From assembly GCA_029259175.1 (NCBI GenBank), contig JAPDJH010000001.1:160001-224000 (forward strand): a stretch of DNA of 64,000 bases. Direction: 5' to 3'. Made by a program: the position numbers and the translations under genes. How positions within the stretch are numbered: the stretch's first letter is position 1; each line of letters opens with the position of its first letter. Origin of the DNA: Hadesarchaea archaeon (GTDB taxonomy: Archaea; Hadarchaeota; Hadarchaeia; Hadarchaeales; Hadarchaeaceae). This document shows, piece by piece, positions 58,962 to 64,000 of this stretch. The notes beneath the pieces are model-generated. The model was given only the letters and a program-made list of their open reading frames with translations, was not told the origin of the DNA and made no database searches.

Positions 58962-59207
58962 ATGGGAAGTGTGGTCATACGCATAAGCCCGGAGACGCGT
59001 GAACTCCTCAAGCAGCGAGCTGCCAAGGACCAGACCTACGACCAGATTATCCAAGAGATGGTAGAGGTCTACGACGCACTGATGGCAGAGTTCGAACGCA
59101 TGCTTCGTGATACCCCGGAGCGGGAATGGATCAGCCATCGGCAACTTCTCAAGGACTTGGGGCTGACCGAGGAAGAAATCGAGCGCGAACGGGAGAAGCT
59201 TGATTAG
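58962..59207 (+). CDS. RHH-like antitoxin
   Basis: VIRISPETRELLK..TYDQII; acidic C-terminus; overlaps the toxin start. Confidence 0.75.
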   Translation: MGSVVIRISPETRELLKQRAAKDQTYDQIIQEMVEVYDALMAEFERMLRDTPEREWISHRQLLKDLGLTEEEIEREREKLD

Positions 59208-59475
59208 ATATCATCCCTTTTTCGAGCGGCAGCTGGGGAAGCTGCCCCGTGGCCTTCAGCGGCGCATCTTGGCGCGAATTGTGGAATATCATGAGACCGG
59301 GCGGGGAGACGTTCGAAAGATCCTCGGTGATCTCGAGGCGCTGAGGGTTGGAAGTTATCGGATCTATTTGGGTTGGGTGGGGAACGAGCTCAGGGTGGTC
59401 TCCGTCTTCCACCGTAGGGTCGTATACTCCAAACACCTGCTCAAGGCTGCCCTCCGGAGGCTCAGGCGGGAGTAA
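59200..59475 (+). CDS. RelE/ParE-family toxin
   Basis: FERQLGKL..GDVRKI..LRVGSYRI..VFHRRVVY. Confidence 0.88.
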   Translation: MIRYHPFFERQLGKLPRGLQRRILARIVEYHETGRGDVRKILGDLEALRVGSYRIYLGWVGNELRVVSVFHRRVVYSKHLLKAALRRLRRE

Positions 59476-59570
59476 CTCTCGAGGAGATCGGTCTTCGTGC
59501 AGAAAAGCGTGCGAAGGAGTGCTAGCAATCACCACCGTCGGGGCTGTGATCGGGAGGACAGATCGGTGCT

Positions 59571-59831
59571 TCACCTTTCAATCCTTTTTGAGGCCTGCTG
59601 TTGAAACGGGGAGAGGGATCCGATAGACACACGTTGCGTGCCGTCCGCCGAGTAGCCAAACGCCTCCGCCCCGAGCCGCTGGAAGACCACCTTCCCGACT
59701 TTCTCCGCGGCCTGTTGCGACAGAAAGCAAACCCACTCGTGAAACCCGCCACGGAGTTCGGACTCGGCGTTCTCCGGATTTCGCTCGGCCTGCCGCATCC
59801 AGTCCGCGCTGCGCTCTGCCGCCGCCCACAT
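59571..59831 (-). pseudogene. Truncated HEPN-domain gene running into degenerate repeat 2
   Basis: ERSADWMRQAER..GGFHEWVCFLSQQAAEK..AFGYS, after which the similarity stops. Confidence 0.75.
59575..59607 (-). repeat. Solitary degenerate CRISPR repeat 2
   Basis: Plus strand CTTTCAATCCT---TTTT-GAGGCCTGCTGTTGAAAC; 31/37 identical; ATTGAAAG handle intact on the minus strand. Confidence 0.9.
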
Positions 59832-59874
59832 CCCTTGGCGTCCCCTGTGCTCAAGGCTAGGCGCCACCGAGCCC

Positions 59875-60159
59875 TTAAACCACCCGCACGTCCTCTGCAC
59901 GAGCCGGTTCGAGCCGCTCCCGAGCGACCGCGCACCACAGGCGCACACAACGTTCGCACAGGGGTACCACGTAAATCCGGTCGCGCTCGCTCCCGATGAA
60001 CTCGGGCAGCTCCTTCAACAGCGCGTGGCGGTCGTGGGGGTTGAGCTCACCGCAGAACGCGCTCAGCTGTACCCGCTGCAAGCCGTAGTCAAAAAGCCGG
60101 TTCGCCAAACGCTCGCGCATCCGGTCAGAGCTTATGTCGTAGATCACCAGCGTCTGCAT
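59875..60159 (-). CDS. cas2: Cas2
   Basis: LVIYDIS, GLQRVQLSAFCG, PLCERC. Confidence 0.95.
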   Translation of the reverse strand: MQTLVIYDISSDRMRERLANRLFDYGLQRVQLSAFCGELNPHDRHALLKELPEFIGSERDRIYVVPLCERCVRLWCAVARERLEPARAEDVRVV

Positions 60160-60253
60160 CTCGCCGCCCCGGAAAAAATGGAAGACCCCACTTATCCGAA
60201 TTTTTATCGTTGGTTTTATAACCACCCGCTGCAAGATTGAAAAGGCGGCCCCC

Positions 60254-60583
60254 ATGACTCGCAAAACGGGTAAGGCCCTTCAGCGCGCGCGCCAGCAGAT
60301 CCGGGCGGCAAAACTCGCACGTGCAAAAAGGGAGCTGGCCGCGGCGGGGATTCCGCTGACCTTCAAGCGACCGCCAGCGCACGTCCTCAAAGAAAAGGGA
60401 GAAGAGCTCCGCAAGCTCTATCTCGAGATGTACCAAAAAGCACCGCCCGCGGACGAGGAGGGATGGGTCACCCCCGACGAGGCCACGGAGGAAGAAACGG
60501 AGGAAGGCGGGAGCACTGAAAAGTCAGAGAGTGCGCCGCCAGCGAAAGAAAAAACCGAGCCAACAGAAGCGGCCGGAAGCTGA
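60254..60583 (+). CDS. Hypothetical protein with basic N-terminal half and acidic disordered tail
   Basis: 109-aa ORF in a divergent position from cas2. Confidence 0.6.
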   Translation: MTRKTGKALQRARQQIRAAKLARAKRELAAAGIPLTFKRPPAHVLKEKGEELRKLYLEMYQKAPPADEEGWVTPDEATEEETEEGGSTEKSESAPPAKEKTEPTEAAGS

Positions 60584-60633
60584 CCGTTCCATTTTATAGG
60601 CCGTGAGAAGAAACACTATACGGCCGTGATCGA

Positions 60634-60897
60634 TTGAAGCGATACAAGCGATTGGGAAGCCTCGGAAAGACCGAGAAGGGTGAGCTCGTTCTCGTGAATC
60701 GTGAAGGGCAGGCGTTTCTGGCTGGCGATCTGGCCATCGCCATATGGAACATGTGCGACGGCAAAATCAGCATCGAACAGATCGTGGTGCGGATAAGCAA
60801 AATCGCTTCGGTGGACGAACAAGTCGCCAGGCCCCTGATCGAAGGAGTTCTTCAGCAAATGGAGCGAGTCCAGCTGATGGAAGTAATCAAGGAGTGA
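60634..60897 (+). CDS. PqqD-family (RRE-like) protein
   Basis: AIWNMCDGKISIEQI..L..M...L signature. Confidence 0.75.
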   Translation: MKRYKRLGSLGKTEKGELVLVNREGQAFLAGDLAIAIWNMCDGKISIEQIVVRISKIASVDEQVARPLIEGVLQQMERVQLMEVIKE

Positions 60898-61621
60898 GTG
60901 GCTCGCTCGGCACGCCGGGGATGGCCTTTCCGTGCGAGGTCACGTTGACCAGGGGGGCGCCCAGATCCGTAGCCAGCCAGGAAAGGAGTTGTTCACAGAT
61001 TCGGAGTTTTGCCCGGGTTCGCCGCGGATTCCTGCTGCCGGAGTGCTTGCCGATGCGGTCGCCCAGATCCATCCCGGCCAGCATGATCTTTGATGCTCCA
61101 AGCTCGTGGGCCATGAAGGCCGCGCGGTCCCCATCGGTGAATCCGCCGAAATTGAAGAGCTTGCCAAAGGGCTTCACTTGGGTGGTACCCAACGCTCGAA
61201 TCCCGCTGCGCAGTTCGTGTCCGATCTCCATCAGTTTCGAGACGTTATCCCCATGGGCGTGCACGACCAGCCAGGCGCCGGAACGCCACGCCCTCAGCAA
61301 GTCCTTGAGATCGCCGTCCAGGTCCGTCACCACCACATCAGGGACTCGGTACTGTAGGAGAACCGAAGTCGCTCCGTCTGCGGTGATTATGGTTGCGTTC
61401 CGGAAGCCGCGGAGGCTCAGGGAGAGAGCGTCCTCTTCGAGTGACGGGCCCGCACCAAAGACCACGCAGGGGTGGCCTCGGATCAGCCGGCGCAGTCCCT
61501 CTAGGTCCGGCTCTGAAAGGAGGGCGTTGAGAGTGCGCGCTGCCTCCGTGTCGGCCCGCTCGTCCAGCTCGAGTTCGCGGACGATGCGCTGGTAGCGAGG
61601 TTTCCAGAGCGACCACTTCAC
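60887..61621 (-). CDS. mptE: 6-hydroxymethyl-7,8-dihydropterin diphosphokinase (DUF115)
   Basis: GAGPSL, ADGA, VTDLDG, HAHGDN, NFGGFTDGDRA. Confidence 0.9.
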   Translation of the reverse strand: MKWSLWKPRYQRIVRELELDERADTEAARTLNALLSEPDLEGLRRLIRGHPCVVFGAGPSLEEDALSLSLRGFRNATIITADGATSVLLQYRVPDVVVTDLDGDLKDLLRAWRSGAWLVVHAHGDNVSKLMEIGHELRSGIRALGTTQVKPFGKLFNFGGFTDGDRAAFMAHELGASKIMLAGMDLGDRIGKHSGSRNPRRTRAKLRICEQLLSWLATDLGAPLVNVTSHGKAIPGVPSEPLTP

Positions 61622-61811
61622 CTGACCACCGGAGCTTCATAACTGGAAACCTTTCGAACTAAAAAAAGATAGTTGGTCGAGAAAGAAAAACACAATCACG
61701 CTCTGGTTAGCTGTCAGCTTAGAATCCAATTCTAGAAATATTAACATTGTTTTGGTTTCTATTCCAGCTTCAGCAATTACATGAGCATCCCGCAAAACAT
61801 AAATCTGCTTA

Positions 61812-62288
61812 TTATGGCTGATAATAGCAAACGCGAAGCTCAGGGTCGTAAACCTTGGGCTCCGGAAGCCTGCGGGCTCGCTCGGGCGTGATCCCGTCCG
61901 CGCGTCGCCACCCGTGCATGAGGGCGTTTGCGCGCAATCCGAGGTCAACCTTGCGCAGCAAGCAATTGGTGTCAGCCTGAACCTCCTGGATCTTCTTCAG
62001 GGTGCACGCGGTGTCCCTTTGCACGCGTTTGATCTCCTCCTGGGTCCGGCTGATCTTGACCAGGCAGCGCTCGAGCTTCCGGAGGATGCGCTGGGTCTGC
62101 CGGCTGTAAGTCTCGATTATCTGCCGGGTCTGCCGGTTGGAGTTCCGGATGATGTGCCGGGTCTGCCGGTTCGAGGTCTCAATCGTAGCTTGAATTATTC
62201 GCTGCGTCTGATAATTGCTCAGCACCACGGTTACGATTATCGGCAGGGTTATCGTCAGCACGGCCGTGAGCGCCTCCATCACACCCAT
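61812..62288 (-). CDS. Membrane-anchored coiled-coil protein with 11-aa repeats
   Basis: N-terminal transmembrane segment; [33 protein letters not shown]. Confidence 0.7.
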   Translation of the reverse strand: MGVMEALTAVLTITLPIIVTVVLSNYQTQRIIQATIETSNRQTRHIIRNSNRQTRQIIETYSRQTQRILRKLERCLVKISRTQEEIKRVQRDTACTLKKIQEVQADTNCLLRKVDLGLRANALMHGWRRADGITPERARRLPEPKVYDPELRVCYYQP

Positions 62289-62443
62289 TGCTTTTTCACC
62301 TTCCGGGCATTTCTCGCTTTCGCTTTGCGCAGGCGTTGCTTTTAAAGGGAAAAAATCCAGCCGCACACACTCGAATCCGACGGCAACCCCTCCCGCATCA
62401 CCCTTTTATCTCCATGCACTCATTACACTCTGAGGTGATCCGA

Positions 62444-63430
62444 ATGGCCAAAATCTATTACGACAGAGACGCCGATCTCGGCGTGCTCAAGGACAAGACC
62501 ATCGCCATCATCGGCTACGGCAACCAGGGCCAGGCACAGGCGAACAACCTGCGCGATTCCGGCTGCAAGGTCATAATCGGAAGCATACGCGACGCCAGCT
62601 ACGATCAGGCGGTCCGCGACGGCTTCGAGGTCTACGACATCCCGGAGGCCGCCAAGCGGGGAGACATCGTCCACATGCTGATCCCAGACGAGTACCAGGC
62701 AGAGGTCTACCAGCGCGACATAGCCCAGCACATGACGCGCGGCAAAGCGCTGTGCTTCAGCCACGGCTTCAACATCCACTTCAAACAGATCGTCCCGCCC
62801 TCCGACGTGGACGTGATAATGATCGCCCCGAAGGGACCCGGAGCCATCGTGCGCCGAATGTACCTCGAGGGCTTCGGGGTCCCAGGATTGCTGGCCGTCC
62901 AGCAGGACGCCACGGGTCAAGCAAAGCAAATCGCTCTGGCGCTGGCAAAGGGCGTAGGGCTCACCCGTGCAGGGGTCATCGAGACCACCTTCAAGGAAGA
63001 AGTGGAGACCGATCTCTTCGGCGAACAAGTGGTCCTGTGTGGAGGGGTCTCGGAACTCATCAAAGCCGGTTTCGAGACCCTCGTCGAAGCCGGCTACCAG
63101 CCCGAGATCGCGTACTTCGAGTGTCTCAACGAACTCAAACTCATCGTCGACCTCATCTACGAGCGCGGAATGGAGGGAATGTGGGCCGCGGTGAGCAACA
63201 CCGCCGAGTACGGCGGCCGCACGCGTGGACCGCGTCTCATCGACCCCCACGTCCGGGAGACCATGCACAAAATACTCGCCGACATCCAGAGCGGGGCCTT
63301 CGCCGAGGAGTGGATCAAGGAGAGCAAGAGCGGCTGCCCCAACTTGAAGCGAATGCGAGAGGAGGCCAAAACACACCTGATAGAGCGGGTGGGCCGGGAA
63401 CTCCGCAAACTTGCAGGAATCGAAAAGTAA
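62444..63430 (+). CDS. ilvC: Ketol-acid reductoisomerase
   Basis: [39 protein letters not shown]. Confidence 0.98.
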   Translation: MAKIYYDRDADLGVLKDKTIAIIGYGNQGQAQANNLRDSGCKVIIGSIRDASYDQAVRDGFEVYDIPEAAKRGDIVHMLIPDEYQAEVYQRDIAQHMTRGKALCFSHGFNIHFKQIVPPSDVDVIMIAPKGPGAIVRRMYLEGFGVPGLLAVQQDATGQAKQIALALAKGVGLTRAGVIETTFKEEVETDLFGEQVVLCGGVSELIKAGFETLVEAGYQPEIAYFECLNELKLIVDLIYERGMEGMWAAVSNTAEYGGRTRGPRLIDPHVRETMHKILADIQSGAFAEEWIKESKSGCPNLKRMREEAKTHLIERVGRELRKLAGIEK

Positions 63431-63435
63431 AGGCC

Positions 63436-64000
63436 CTAGCTCTCGAGAGCACGCCTGTACGTGCGCAGAAGCTTGCGTATGGTGTTGCGCCAAGTGAACT
63501 TTTGCACGCTTTTCTTTCCGTTTTCACTCACCCGCTTTGCAACTTGAGGGTGCTCGAGCACATAGCAGATCCCGCGCGCTATCGACTTCGGATTGGGATT
63601 GACCTTGACCCCGTTGACGAGGTGCTTCACGTTTTCCGCCAGCCCCCCGACATTCGTGACCACCATCGGACGCCCCGTCGCCCACCCCTCGAGCAGCACT
63701 ATGCCGAAGGGCTCCTGCCGACTGGGAATGCACATCACATCACAAATGTTGAGCAGATTGACGTACTTTCGATACGGTATCCATCCCAGGAACTTCACCT
63801 TCTCCATGAGCTCGTACTTCCGGGCTTTGCGCTTCAGCCGCCTGCTCATGGTCCCCGTCCCAGCAAAGAGGAAAAGCACGTCCTCGTGCCGCCGCAGAAC
63901 TTCCGGCACCGCATCCAAAAGCAAATCCGGCCCCTTCTGGTACTCCAGCCGCCCCATGAACAGAATGGTTCGAACGTCGAGGGGGATCCCGTACTTCTTT
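63436..64000 (-). CDS. GT4 glycosyltransferase, 5' part outside the window
   Basis: GRLEYQKG, PSRQEPFGIVLLE, NVGGL. Confidence 0.93.
   Translation of the reverse strand, partial: KKYGIPLDVRTILFMGRLEYQKGPDLLLDAVPEVLRRHEDVLFLFAGTGTMSRRLKRKARKYELMEKVKFLGWIPYRKYVNLLNICDVMCIPSRQEPFGIVLLEGWATGRPMVVTNVGGLAENVKHLVNGVKVNPNPKSIARGICYVLEHPQVAKRVSENGKKSVQKFTWRNTIRKLLRTYRRALES

Noticed and set aside
60236-60244. ATTGAAAAG near the cas2 promoter as another degenerate repeat
   Set aside because: Only the handle-like 9-mer is present, on the opposite strand, with no stem or 5' end.
62423-63493. Long antisense ORFs, such as 356 aa opposite ilvC and 350 aa opposite cas6
   Set aside because: They are shadow frames of GC-rich genes and carry no motifs.

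Overview
Archaeal chromosomal window, GC-rich. The archaeal markers are aIF5A, aEF-1beta, Nob1, a proteasome beta subunit, an alpha2-type GlyRS, Dph6, MptE and a short histone; the lineage cannot be fixed from the sequence alone. About 1.6-45 kb is mostly housekeeping and metabolism, plus a type IV pilus-like ATPase/TadC operon. Decayed toxin-antitoxin (TA) remnants sit next to both tRNA genes. About 45-60 kb is a defence island containing micro-ORFs, an AbiE TA pair and a composite type I CRISPR-Cas locus. In that locus cas6, the array (19 identical 37-bp repeats) and cas4/cas1/csa1/cas2 are host-like in composition and lie on the minus strand. A visibly AT-rich cas11-cas7-cas5-cas3-cas8-like effector module lies between cas6 and the array in the opposite orientation. 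The most interesting signal is a set of solitary degenerate CRISPR repeats inside the adaptation operon: two bracket an intact RelE-like TA pair, one keeps the repeat hairpin through compatible substitutions, and the sequence beside it resembles the effector-operon promoter. This is a candidate CRISPR-RNA-supervised regulation or TA circuit. Also notable are two paralogous 49-aa 'MERWQ' membrane microproteins, each at the 3' end of a PiT phosphate transporter, and several small genes missing from the ORF track. All calls were made by eye; no searches were run.
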